In this document: positions 50,701 to 60,780 of the stretch, one piece after another
Layout of the letters: each line of letters opens with the position of its first letter
Position numbering within the stretch: position 1 is the stretch's first letter
Assembly (NCBI GenBank): GCA_047947115.1
Contig: CP170459.1
Span: 3,648,001 to 3,712,000 of the forward strand
Length of the DNA: 64,000 nt
From: Verrucomicrobiota bacterium
GTDB taxonomy: Bacteria > Verrucomicrobiota > Verrucomicrobiia > Limisphaerales > AAA164-E04
Reading direction: 5' to 3'
Translations under genes and position numbers: made by a program
Notes under the pieces: generated by a model
Told to the model about the DNA's origin: nothing
The model's input: the letters and a program-made list of their open reading frames with translations, nothing else
The model's database searches: none

Positions 50701-51168
50701 ATGCATGTGGTTTTGGTTGAACCGGAGATTCCTCCTAATACCGGAAACGTCGCCCGCTTGTGCGCGGCGACCGGGGCACGATTACACCTGATTGAGCCTT
50801 TGGGATTTCGTTTGGAAGACAAGGATTTGAAGCGAGCGGGGATGGATTATTGGAAACATGTAGAATGGACCAAATGGCCCAATTGGCAGGTGTTTCTTGA
50901 GCATGTCGATCCGGCCGGAAACATTTGGTTCGTTGAATCGGATGGTCCACGTTCTTATTCAGAAGTGACTTATGGTCAGGATGATTACCTTGTATTTGGT
51001 CGGGAAACCGCCGGATTGCCCATGGTTTTGGTCAGGGAGCACCCGGAACAATGGTTGCGCATTCCCATGATGAACCAGGATGCTCGCTCGCTAAACCTGT
51101 CCAATTGCGTTTCCATCGTTCTCTATGAAGCTCTTCGTCAAACCGGATTCGCCGGTGAGGTTCGATAA
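50701..51168 (+). CDS. trmL: tRNA (cytidine/uridine-34-2'-O)-methyltransferase
   Basis: PEIPPNTGN, RAGMDYW, FGRETAGL and RSLNLS motifs. Confidence 0.92.
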   Translation: MHVVLVEPEIPPNTGNVARLCAATGARLHLIEPLGFRLEDKDLKRAGMDYWKHVEWTKWPNWQVFLEHVDPAGNIWFVESDGPRSYSEVTYGQDDYLVFGRETAGLPMVLVREHPEQWLRIPMMNQDARSLNLSNCVSIVLYEALRQTGFAGEVR

Positions 51169-51204
51169 CAAAGCAAGGTCCACCAACAGCTTCCCCTCCC
51201 ATAC

Positions 51205-51240
51205 GACTCCTAATCTTGATCTCATCCCCAACCCGATCCC
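51205..51240. repeat. Degenerate hexamer tandem repeat between convergent genes
   Basis: GACTCC TAATCT TGATCT CATCCC CAACCC GATCCC. Confidence 0.45.
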
Positions 51241-51241
51241 A

Positions 51242-52711
51242 TTATTCATACCGATACTTCACCACCCAGGGATCTCCTGTCTCCTCCTGAAACGCCTTCA
51301 GCCGATCCTGTAGTCCCTCAAGAGTCCGTGCAAATTCGGGATTCTCAGCCAAGTTGTTGATCTCATCGGAATCGGCTTCCATGTTGTAGAGTTCGTGACG
51401 GGGGCGTTGGATGTAGTTTCCAATGCGTCGTTTGCCGTAGAGAGCTTCATCCCCGTTTCTGACGGCCGCCTGCCAGGTGGGAGATGCGTATAAATCCGAG
51501 GCAAACGGGTAGGGGAGTTGGTGGGCAAGATTCAACAGGTACTTGTATTGACGTGTTCGGATCACGCGCATGGGATAATACATGGTGATTTCGTGAAACG
51601 TATGAGAAGCAAAAACGGCATCCCATCCAACGGGATGCTCCTGATCCAATGTGGAAAGAAAAGATCGCCCGTGGAATGGATAGTCCACCCTGCGTCCGTT
51701 CTGGGCGCTTGTTTTCAACGATTCAGGCTCCATACCGGCAAATGCCAGCAGGGTGGGCGTCAAATCCGTCCAGGAAACCATGGCATCGGTGGCGAGTCCG
51801 CGTTGGGCTTGATCTGGACTTCTTACGATCAGGGGCAAGCGCATTCCGGGTTCGTAAAGAGTCGTCTTCGCCCCGGGAAAGGCGATGCCATTGTCTGATA
51901 AATAAAGAATCAAGGTGTTTTCATATTGGTTGGCATCCTTAAGAATCTTCACCAGTCGTCCGAGTCCCTGGTCGATGCGCGAAACGCTTTGATAATATTG
52001 GGCCAGCTCCGCACGGCATTCGGGGGAATCGGGAAGGTAGGGCGGGACGATGACATCGTCTGGATTGTAGGTGACTTCCTCAACACCATCGTAGTTTTGG
52101 TTGTTGCCAAAAAGATTGGGGCGGTAAGGGAGATTCTCGGCGTAACCTCCACCACGGTGGGGGTCGGAGGTGCAAAAGTACAGGAAAAATGGAGTCTCCT
52201 TGTCGTTCTCGATCCAGTTGCGGCATGTTTCTGCCATGCTGACCGGGTTGCGCGAACCTCCCTGATTACCTGTGATGTGTTGGTCAAATGCGTAGATTTC
52301 TTCCGGAGCAACATGATATTTGCCAATGCGCGCCGTACGGTATCCAGCTTTGGACAGCCAAACCGGAAGGCTGACGACGGTATCCCTGGTTTGAAACCGG
52401 TGGTAGCTATGTTGGTGACCATATTGTCCGTTCGTGTGGTTGTGCAGTCCGGTCAGGATGACCGATCGGCTGGCACTGCAACTTGCGGTTGTGCAAAAAG
52501 CGTAGTCAAACCGCGTGCCATCCTTTGCCAGGGCATCCAGATTGGGTGTTTGAATGACCGGATTGCCATAGCAGCCGGCGTCTCTTCCCTGGTCATCCAC
52601 CACGAACATAACGATGTTGCGTGCGGGTTCCATGGGCTTTTGCCGGTCTTGTGCCAGAAGACCGCTCATCAGTCCTATCGAAAGCGAAAGGATGTTCAGG
52701 GTAGTTTTCAT
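51242..52711 (-). CDS. Sulfatase (N-sulfoglucosamine sulfohydrolase-like), exported
   Basis: CSASRSVILTG, GKYH, DPHR, SDNG and HTFHEITMYYPMR motifs. Confidence 0.88.
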   Translation of the reverse strand: MKTTLNILSLSIGLMSGLLAQDRQKPMEPARNIVMFVVDDQGRDAGCYGNPVIQTPNLDALAKDGTRFDYAFCTTASCSASRSVILTGLHNHTNGQYGHQHSYHRFQTRDTVVSLPVWLSKAGYRTARIGKYHVAPEEIYAFDQHITGNQGGSRNPVSMAETCRNWIENDKETPFFLYFCTSDPHRGGGYAENLPYRPNLFGNNQNYDGVEEVTYNPDDVIVPPYLPDSPECRAELAQYYQSVSRIDQGLGRLVKILKDANQYENTLILYLSDNGIAFPGAKTTLYEPGMRLPLIVRSPDQAQRGLATDAMVSWTDLTPTLLAFAGMEPESLKTSAQNGRRVDYPFHGRSFLSTLDQEHPVGWDAVFASHTFHEITMYYPMRVIRTRQYKYLLNLAHQLPYPFASDLYASPTWQAAVRNGDEALYGKRRIGNYIQRPRHELYNMEADSDEINNLAENPEFARTLEGLQDRLKAFQEETGDPWVVKYRYE

Positions 52712-54069
52712 GGTTTTGATTGAAACAGGTCCAAAAGTGTTTGCGTCATGGCTGCGACGCCGGTTTGAATCGTGGTTTCAGGAAGTGGGGCAAACTGACT
52801 GGAATGAAGCGAGGGAAGCTTGATTTCTCCTTTGAGAAACCGCTCATGTTGCTTCGGATCAACGGCCCCCAGCCACAGCATGCAGACAGGCACCTTATGT
52901 TCAGTGCGTCCGTATCGGCCGAAATCCTCTCCACCCATTACGGGATTCAACTCGATTACGTTCTCCTCTCCAATTGCCTTGTTCAGACTGCTGATCACTC
53001 GACGCATCAAGTCCGGATCATTATAAGTTGCCGGAGTGAACACATCATCCAACTCCACAATGGGCATGAGATCCCCGGGAATACCGGCCGCCTCCGCTTG
53101 TCCCTTTACGATGCGTTTGATGGATTCGATGAGCGTTTGACGCACTTCATCCGTGTAAGATCGGAGAGTCAACTGAAGTTTGACTTCATTTGGGATGATG
53201 TTGTGTTTGGTGCCTCCGTGAATGGACCCGACGGTGACGACTGCAGGCTGGGTGGCGTCCACCTCGCGACTGACAATGGTTTGAAGGGCCAGCACCACCT
53301 GCGCGGCCAGAACGACCGGATCACGGGTTGTATGAGGGTAAGCGCCATGCCCCCCGACACCACGGAGAGTGATGTTCACCGAATCGACATTCGCCAGCGC
53401 GAATCCGCTGACATATCCCACCGTGCCGGAAGGTGTCTGTGCATTGACATGCAGGGCAATGGCAGCATCCGGCACAGGGAATTTCTCGAACAGCCCGTCA
53501 TCCAGCATGGCCTTGGCGCCCGCTCCTTTTTCTTCAGCCGGCTGGCCAATCGCGACAAGTGTGCCTTTCCATTCATCCTTCATTTCCGTAAGCAACTGGG
53601 TGGTCCCTGTCCAAACGGACATGTGAATATCATGTCCGCAGGCGTGCATCACTCCGACTTCGGTTCCGGCATCGTCGTTGGTTTTGACCTTGCTGGCATA
53701 GGGGACTCCGGTTTCCTCCACAATGGGGAGTGCATCCAAATCGGTGCGCATCAGGATGGTCGGGCCTTCGCCGTTTCTCAGAACTCCCACAATGCCATGT
53801 CCGCCCAGTTGGGTGCTGACCTCAAAACCCAGACGTTGCAGATGAGAGGCCAATTTCTCAGCGGTTTCTTTTTCGTGATAGGAAAGTTCAGGATGACTGT
53901 GCAGATGTTTATAGAGCTTTAACCAATCCGGCAGGTGCCTTTTGATTGCGTGGGATAGGGCGGGATTCACTGAGGTGGCCGCCTGAACAGTTGTTGGATC
54001 AAACGGCAAGACCATTCCCAGGACCGATAACAAGACCACACCGATGTGCTGCTTAATGGATCGTTTCAT
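52708..54069 (-). CDS. M20 family amidohydrolase, exported
   Basis: HPELS, RTDLDALP, MHACGHD, QPAEE, GGHG and GEDF motifs. Confidence 0.9.
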   Translation of the reverse strand: MKRSIKQHIGVVLLSVLGMVLPFDPTTVQAATSVNPALSHAIKRHLPDWLKLYKHLHSHPELSYHEKETAEKLASHLQRLGFEVSTQLGGHGIVGVLRNGEGPTILMRTDLDALPIVEETGVPYASKVKTNDDAGTEVGVMHACGHDIHMSVWTGTTQLLTEMKDEWKGTLVAIGQPAEEKGAGAKAMLDDGLFEKFPVPDAAIALHVNAQTPSGTVGYVSGFALANVDSVNITLRGVGGHGAYPHTTRDPVVLAAQVVLALQTIVSREVDATQPAVVTVGSIHGGTKHNIIPNEVKLQLTLRSYTDEVRQTLIESIKRIVKGQAEAAGIPGDLMPIVELDDVFTPATYNDPDLMRRVISSLNKAIGEENVIELNPVMGGEDFGRYGRTEHKVPVCMLWLGAVDPKQHERFLKGEIKLPSLHSSQFAPLPETTIQTGVAAMTQTLLDLFQSKP

Positions 54070-54125
54070 GCTTGATAAGCGATCATCTCCGAAGTGGCAG
54101 GAAAAGTCCACCCCTGAGGTGTGGC

Positions 54126-55589
54126 TCAAACAAGTGTCTGGGTCAAATGGTCTTCACGGTGGTCGTTCAGCTCCATCAGGGAGCTTTCATGGAGGGATAC
54201 TTCCGCACTCTCACAATATAAGCCGATGTATTCACCTTCCAACTCGCGAACGACCAGCGAAAGGCAAACCACCCCGTCGATGGAAAGTTCCGCGTAGTGG
54301 CCGTATCGGATGAATTCAAAGGCGTAATCCAGTGTGGTGCTAGGCTTGAAGTTGTTTGATTGTAGGTTTTCAAATTCGTAGTCCTTGTAAATATCCTGCG
54401 GGTTCTTGCGCCAGCGACGAATCTGAACAAGTCCTTGTACGGTATCCAGGGAGATATAATAGGCATCCCCGTCCTCATTGGCATCGAAAACCAATCCACA
54501 CTTGTCCAGCCCGACAATTTTGATTTTGCCTCTCCAGAGAAAATCTTTTGAAGGATTCTTGAAGCAGAACACTTCATAACCGCTGACACATGCAAACTCG
54601 TGGAAGTGTTCGGTTTTCTTGTGCCAGCCACTGGGGTTGTTGAGCACGCTTTTGAATTCGGGAAATTGAGTGTGTTCCAGAGTGTTTTTGATCTTATCTC
54701 CCCAACGGTAGAAGCTTTTCAATACCAGCTTGCCGTGAATGTCGACGTCCAGTTCCTTGGGCGGACAAAAGGTGCGGTGAGCGGTTTCGACATCTTTCCC
54801 TGACACGTAAAATGAGTATAGCAACAAATGGCCTTCATCGTAGGTGATGCGTGCGGCGTAATTGCCCTTCGGCATCAGCACGTTGTTGTGGTAGGCATGG
54901 TATTCACCCTGAAACTGTTTGCTGTACCAGTAATGCACCTTGATATCTTCCCGGATGGAGCCGATCAGGTAATAAGTGCCTCTGATTTTGACCAGGCAGG
55001 GGCATTCCACGTCATCATACACATAAGGTACGAAAAGAGGCGGATACAACTGATGTCCCTCCTTGGTCAGCTCAACCAATCCCACGCAGCCACGCCGGGA
55101 GATGGAGCCCGATTTGATCCGTGCACAGACCAACAAAAAGCGCCGATCATTCTCTGTGAAAAGATAGGGGTCGCGAAAGCTGACCCACTGTCTGACGTTG
55201 TCTATTTTTGATTCGTAAGGATCATTTGGTTCGATAGGGAAGGGGAGCGAGTTATCCTTTTCCCAATGCATCAAGTCTTTCGAAACAGCCCTGCCGATGC
55301 GTTGATAATGTCCCTTTTCTTCCTGTCTCAAACCGGTGTAGTGCATGACATACTGGTCACCTTCCTGGGTGACATGCATGGTCCACAGCATGTCGTCATC
55401 CCACTCTCCCGGATCTCCCACGAACAGCGCATTTTTAACGCGTTTCCATTGGATGCAATCCTTTGAGACGGCATGGGCAATGTAATCATGATTGGGAAGT
55501 ATCAGGTGGAAGAGATGATACGTTTCGCCCACATTGATGACATCAATGTCTCCAATTTCCCATTCCCTAAAACCGCGTCCTGAGTACAT
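54126..55589 (-). CDS. GH32-like (clan GH-J) beta-fructofuranosidase, cytoplasmic
   Basis: FRDP and VECP motifs; N-terminal GDID as likely nucleophile; C-terminal beta-sandwich; no signal peptide. Confidence 0.7.
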   Translation of the reverse strand: MYSGRGFREWEIGDIDVINVGETYHLFHLILPNHDYIAHAVSKDCIQWKRVKNALFVGDPGEWDDDMLWTMHVTQEGDQYVMHYTGLRQEEKGHYQRIGRAVSKDLMHWEKDNSLPFPIEPNDPYESKIDNVRQWVSFRDPYLFTENDRRFLLVCARIKSGSISRRGCVGLVELTKEGHQLYPPLFVPYVYDDVECPCLVKIRGTYYLIGSIREDIKVHYWYSKQFQGEYHAYHNNVLMPKGNYAARITYDEGHLLLYSFYVSGKDVETAHRTFCPPKELDVDIHGKLVLKSFYRWGDKIKNTLEHTQFPEFKSVLNNPSGWHKKTEHFHEFACVSGYEVFCFKNPSKDFLWRGKIKIVGLDKCGLVFDANEDGDAYYISLDTVQGLVQIRRWRKNPQDIYKDYEFENLQSNNFKPSTTLDYAFEFIRYGHYAELSIDGVVCLSLVVRELEGEYIGLYCESAEVSLHESSLMELNDHREDHLTQTLV

Positions 55590-55664
55590 ATATTCTGTTG
55601 TCGTTGTTGTTTGATCTTTGGTTAGCCTAACTTGAAGATTTGTGGTGGAAAAGGATTTCGAGGT

Positions 55665-57824
55665 TTAAAAGCCATAGTGATTCAATCCTTCCAGAATGCC
55701 TGCGGAACTTTCCCTGTCAGCAAAGTAAACCTTGCGACTGCCTCGAAGATGTTCCAGTTCCTTGGCGTGATTTCCGACGACAATCGCCTTTGAGGTGTTG
55801 GAGATCATGTCCAGATCATTTCCCGAATCACCACAAACCAATGTTTGGCTGAGAGGGATGGACCACTTTTGACTGATATACCGGACTGCCCGTCCCTTGG
55901 AACCACGGCGGGGTAGTATGTCAAGATAGGCCCCGCGGGTGGTCATCACGTTGAGCCGCCTGGAAAATGGGGCCAGGGCTTCTTTCAACTCGTTTTCGTC
56001 GTAACCTTCCTCAGAGATATAGTAAGAAATTTTGAAAGGATTTTGGTTTTCCGGTTCTTGTTCCTTGACCCCTTTGACTGAAGAAACGGCTTCCACGATT
56101 TTTTCACGGTTCCAACGATAATGGATATGCTTGTGCCATCCTTTGTCGAGGTTTGCCTCACTGAGACCATAGTAGATGTAGGAGCCCACGGAACTGATGA
56201 CGACATCAGGGGTTGGCATGTGATGCTCGGACAAAATTTCTCGGATTTTTTCCAGAGATCGACCGGTTGCCACGCCGAAGACGAATTGGTCTCCTCGGTC
56301 TTCCAAAAGCTTTCGCAATTCATCCAGACCTTCGTAATTTTCCGACTCACTGATCAGTGTGCCGTCAATGTCGGAGATCAGCATTTTCTTGGCGGTTGCC
56401 AGTCGTTTTTGGGTTCGTGTGTTTTTGGTCACTTGCTTGTTGCCGCTTTCCTTGGAGTCTTCCATTGTTGATTTTATCAGCCGGAGGTATTTGTCCACAT
56501 GAGACTTCCAGCTGTAGTGTGTGTGAATGTTCCGGATGCCCTGGTTTGAAAGTTCCATCCATTGTTCATCGTTGATGAGCGCTTTTTTCAAAGTCGCTCG
56601 GATCTCATCGGTATTGTACGGGTTCACCACAAATCCATTTTGACATGTGGGGACGATTTCGGCCGGCCCGCCATGGTTGGTGGCGACTACCGGACATCCA
56701 CAACTGGTGGCTTCCAGAATGGTCAGACCGAATTGTTCGGTCAGAGCTACGTTTGAAAAAAATCCCTTTTGCCTGGCGCATAGGCGATAGATTTCAGGCA
56801 CTTCCAGGTCCGTGTCGTGCTTTTTGGGTATCGCCAGCTTGCCGTAGAGGTTGTACTTGTCCATCAATAGCAGAATCTCCGTCAATACGGCCTGTTCTCC
56901 TGATGGCAGGTGGTCGATGTCACTCCGAATGCCCGCGTAGATGACCAGATTGGCAATGGATTGAAGCTAGTGGTCTGTCCCGTAGGCGTGGATCAGTCCG
57001 GAAATGTTTTTCTTACGGTCCGGCCGGCAGATGGCCAGAATGAAGGGTTTGTCCGGTTGACTTAAAAATTTGTCAATTCGGGATTTGGCCATCATGCGTG
57101 CCTGCTTTTGCTGGTCGGTGAGTGGTTGCCCGTCGAACTCTTCCTCATAATAGGGCCAGAAACGCTTTAGGTTGATGCCGGGGGATACGACGTGAAATTC
57201 GGTTAAATCGAAGTTTTCATAATCTTCGAACAGATTGATTTCATTTTCTGTCGAGGTCACGATGAACTCGGCCGAAGCCAGCGTTTGTTCCTCGGCATCA
57301 AATCTGTTTTGAAAACGGTATCGTTCGTAGGCTTCCTCTTCCGTCATTCCAGCTTCGATGAGTTTGTGCAGTTTGGGCATACCCAGCGAGTGAGCCGAAT
57401 GCACGTACGGGACATTCAGGTATCTTGAGAGTTCGGATACGACATAGCCTGCATCGGCATAGTGACTGTGGAGCCAGCTTGGGAAGATGTTTTTTGATTT
57501 GATATGTTTGAGGGTATTCGAAACAAATTCATCCAGGCAGTCCCACAGTTTCTCCTTTGGAAGATATTTTTTGCCGCCGCAGGGAATGCGGCGTATGTCG
57601 AATTTGTCATTGATCGGCTCGATTTCGACAGCGTAGTCCGGTGATAACTGCTTGTCGTCAATGCGTCGGGTGAACAAGTGGACATGTTCCACTTCCGGAC
57701 GCTGGCTTAATTCCTTGGCCAATTCCATGACATAGATGATCTGGCCGCCGTTATCCGAGTCCTTTCCAATTTCCAGGTTTTTCCCGCGAAATAATCCATG
57801 GATACTCTAGAGGTGTATACGCAT
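55665..57824 (-). pseudogene. Sucrose-phosphate synthase (GT4) / HAD-IIB phosphatase fusion with two in-frame TAG codons
   Basis: Single frame from ATG 57824 spanning 720 codons: MRIHL*SIHGLFRG..DSDNGGQ; HYADAG; HSLG; RPDRKKN; GTDH*LQ; EQFGLTILEA; DIDGT; GDSGND. Confidence 0.8.
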
Positions 57825-57955
57825 ACGAATGAGGCTAACACACATGCCGCTGTGGGCAAGGGTTTGCAAAGTTGAAGGTCGCAATTGACTCCTTAAGCTC
57901 TTATTGCATAGTGTGTGTGGAGATCATCACCAACCTGAAAAAATAAAAAGGGAAT

Positions 57956-59245
57956 ATGGACGAAAAGGCTATCATCCGCATAGGCGACCGGCAATTCGAG
58001 TGTCCCACGATCGTTGGGAGCGAGTATGAAAAGGCGATTGATGTCAGGCAACTGCGCGGCGAAACCGGTTACATCACCTACGATGATGGCTATGGCAACA
58101 CCGGGTCCTGTCAAAGCGCGATCACCTACATTGATGGTGACGAGGGCATCCTGCGTCATCGCGGCTACCCGATTCAGGAATTGGCAGAGCATTCTGATTT
58201 TGTTGAATCCGCTTATCTGATCATTTATGGCGAGTTGCCGACCGAGGATGAGTTGCGACGTTTCAGAGCCCGAATCTCCGGGAATGCCAATTTACACGAA
58301 GGCATGCTGCGCATTCTGGATCATTTTCCCGATGACTCTCATCCGATGGCCATTCTTTCCGTGATGCTGAACGCGATTGGTTGTCATTATTCTGAAATGG
58401 CGTCCAACAACCGCGAGCAGGATCTCGATCACTTCGATTGGGCCTCTACTCTGTTGCTTGCCAAGGTGCGTACCATCGCCGCTCTGACGTATCGTATGAA
58501 AGAGGGCAAACCCTGGATGTATTCCAAGCCAAGCTTCCGTTATTGCCAGAATTTCCTGCACATGATGTTCTCGGAACCCTATCAGGATTTCATGCCACGT
58601 GAAGAGGTGATAGATGCACTTGATTTGATCCTGTTGCTACATGCCGATCATGAACAGAACTGCAGTACATCCACAGTGCGGATGATTGCCAGCAGTGGTG
58701 CCAATCTGTTTGCCTCGGTTGTCGGCGGAGTTTCCGCCCTTTGGGGACCGCTGCATGGCGGGGCCAACATGGAGGTGGTGAAAATGCTTCAACAAATCCA
58801 TGATGACGGTGATGACGGATCTCGATTCATTGCAGCGGCGAAAGATGGTAAACAGCGCCTGATGGGATTTGGTCACCGGGTTTACAAGAATTTTGATCCG
58901 CGCAGTCGTCTGCTGAGGTCACGCGCCGATAAACTGTTTGCAAAATTGGAAGCGCCCGATCCATTGCTCGATATTGCCAAACATCTGGAAGATGCAGCCC
59001 TCAAGGATGATTACTTCATTGAGCGCAAGCTTTATCCCAATGTTGATTTCTACAGCGGCATCATCCTGCGCGCCATCGGTATTCCTTTGGAGATGTTCAC
59101 CGTGATTTTTGCCATTGGCCGCATGCCCGGCTGGATCGCTCACTGGCGTGAACTGGCAAGTCATCCAAAGCAGAAGATCCACCGGCCACGACAGATCTAC
59201 ACGGGCGCTACGGAGCGTCGATATGTTCCGCTTGAAAAACGTTGA
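57956..59245 (+). CDS. gltA: Citrate synthase
   Basis: [26 protein letters not shown] and YPNVDFYSG motifs. Confidence 0.95.
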   Translation: MDEKAIIRIGDRQFECPTIVGSEYEKAIDVRQLRGETGYITYDDGYGNTGSCQSAITYIDGDEGILRHRGYPIQELAEHSDFVESAYLIIYGELPTEDELRRFRARISGNANLHEGMLRILDHFPDDSHPMAILSVMLNAIGCHYSEMASNNREQDLDHFDWASTLLLAKVRTIAALTYRMKEGKPWMYSKPSFRYCQNFLHMMFSEPYQDFMPREEVIDALDLILLLHADHEQNCSTSTVRMIASSGANLFASVVGGVSALWGPLHGGANMEVVKMLQQIHDDGDDGSRFIAAAKDGKQRLMGFGHRVYKNFDPRSRLLRSRADKLFAKLEAPDPLLDIAKHLEDAALKDDYFIERKLYPNVDFYSGIILRAIGIPLEMFTVIFAIGRMPGWIAHWRELASHPKQKIHRPRQIYTGATERRYVPLEKR

Positions 59246-59303
59246 TTGACGGCTGACTTGAAGTGTTCGGATACATCGAAAGGCGTTCGCAGCAAGGCAT
59301 CGC

Positions 59304-59705
59304 TTACTGGAAATCCTTCCGGATTGAAGGAAGTTCCAATCGGCGTCCTGTAGCCTCAAAAATGCGCTGAAGGTAGTCTTCGTCATTCAGTTCGATCGGG
59401 ACGGATTGGCATGATTTTTCGAACCCTGGAAAGTTCCATAAATTGGGGAAGTCACGACATTGTTGTGGTTTGACCGGTTGGATGCGGCAGAGATCTCCAT
59501 CCAGAAAAATGCATTCCCCGTTGGGTTTATCCATCAGCGCCAACCCGGTCCTTGAGGTATTCAGGCGAGTGTGGGATTGGATGAATGCTTCCTCGGACAA
59601 TTTCAGGTATTTGGCGATCTCTGAAATTTCCTCTTCGCTTAATTTTACCTGCCCCGGCCATCGACAGCATGCGGTGCAGCGTTGGCATTCACGAAAAGTA
59701 GGCAT
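59304..59705 (-). CDS. YkgJ-family cysteine cluster protein
   Basis: CQRCTACC...CIFL...C.I...KP.QC..FP pattern. Confidence 0.85.
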   Translation of the reverse strand: MPTFRECQRCTACCRWPGQVKLSEEEISEIAKYLKLSEEAFIQSHTRLNTSRTGLALMDKPNGECIFLDGDLCRIQPVKPQQCRDFPNLWNFPGFEKSCQSVPIELNDEDYLQRIFEATGRRLELPSIRKDFQ

Positions 59706-59754
59706 GGCGGTGCGCTCAAGTATTTTTGCTGCGTTGTCTGGCAAAAGGGTGGAG

Positions 59755-60780
59755 TCAATCCAATGTGATTTCGATCGACGCTGCTTTTTTCAACTTTGTC
59801 AGATAATCCGGCAGTAGTTGCTGGACATATTCGGCTTCCAGTTGGGCTTTGATGCGGTCAGATACTTCCTCAAAGGGCTGATATTCCTCGGGAGTGATTT
59901 CCAGGATTTTTACGATATGGTAACCGGTCTGGGTCCTGATGACATCGGATATTTGATCCTTTTTTAGGTTAAAGATCGCTCCTTCCAGGGTTGGATCGTT
60001 CGTGCCACGGGCTATGGTGACTTCACCTTTTTGTTCTTTGGTCAGGGCATCCTGTGAATAGGTCTCCACCAAGGATGTGAAATCCTGACCGCTCGCCGCT
60101 TTTTTTTGGACTTCCTTTGCTTGTGTCAATCGTTTGGACTGCTCTTCCAATGGCAACGGTGTGCCGCTCGGGAGGCTGAGTATGGGGATGAAAATATTTT
60201 GCAACCTCGCACGTTCCGCGATGGCAAAGCGGTCCTTGTTGTCTTGATAAAAAGTACGTGCTTTTTCATCCGGAACGATGTAACCGGCTTTCAAATCAGT
60301 ATCGATGACTTCCTTGACGATGGCCTGCTCCTTGATTTGAGTTTTGAAATACTCCAGATCCATGCCGGTTGCCAGCAACTGCCGCTTGAAGACGTCCTCG
60401 GAGGGGTGTTGTCGAATCAGGTCATTTAAGAACTGTTCGGCGTTGTTTTCTCCCCTTCGCCTTTGGTCCTTGTTTGCCTTCTGGAGAAGGATTTTGGTCG
60501 TGATCAATTTGTCCAGGATCTGGGCTTCCACTTCGTCATTGTACGCCGGAGGAATGGGATTGCCCTGAGACACCCTGTTCGCTTTGGTCGTGATGACCGC
60601 TTTGTCGAGTTCTGATTGACTGATTTCAAATCCTTTACCCCGTGCAACAACACTGTCCTTGAACAGACTGGAAAGATCGATCTGTGATCCGGGAGTTGAC
60701 TGGGCGTTCACCTCCGTCCATATCAACCATCCCGAAACGATTGCTGCCACCCACAAGGATTTGAAGGTCAATTTGTTCAT
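59755..60780 (-). CDS. Parvulin-type peptidyl-prolyl isomerase (SurA/PrsA-like)
   Basis: Signal peptide, helical N-domain and DF...YSQD...ISDVIRTQTGYHIVK. Confidence 0.8.
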   Translation of the reverse strand: MNKLTFKSLWVAAIVSGWLIWTEVNAQSTPGSQIDLSSLFKDSVVARGKGFEISQSELDKAVITTKANRVSQGNPIPPAYNDEVEAQILDKLITTKILLQKANKDQRRRGENNAEQFLNDLIRQHPSEDVFKRQLLATGMDLEYFKTQIKEQAIVKEVIDTDLKAGYIVPDEKARTFYQDNKDRFAIAERARLQNIFIPILSLPSGTPLPLEEQSKRLTQAKEVQKKAASGQDFTSLVETYSQDALTKEQKGEVTIARGTNDPTLEGAIFNLKKDQISDVIRTQTGYHIVKILEITPEEYQPFEEVSDRIKAQLEAEYVQQLLPDYLTKLKKAASIEITLD

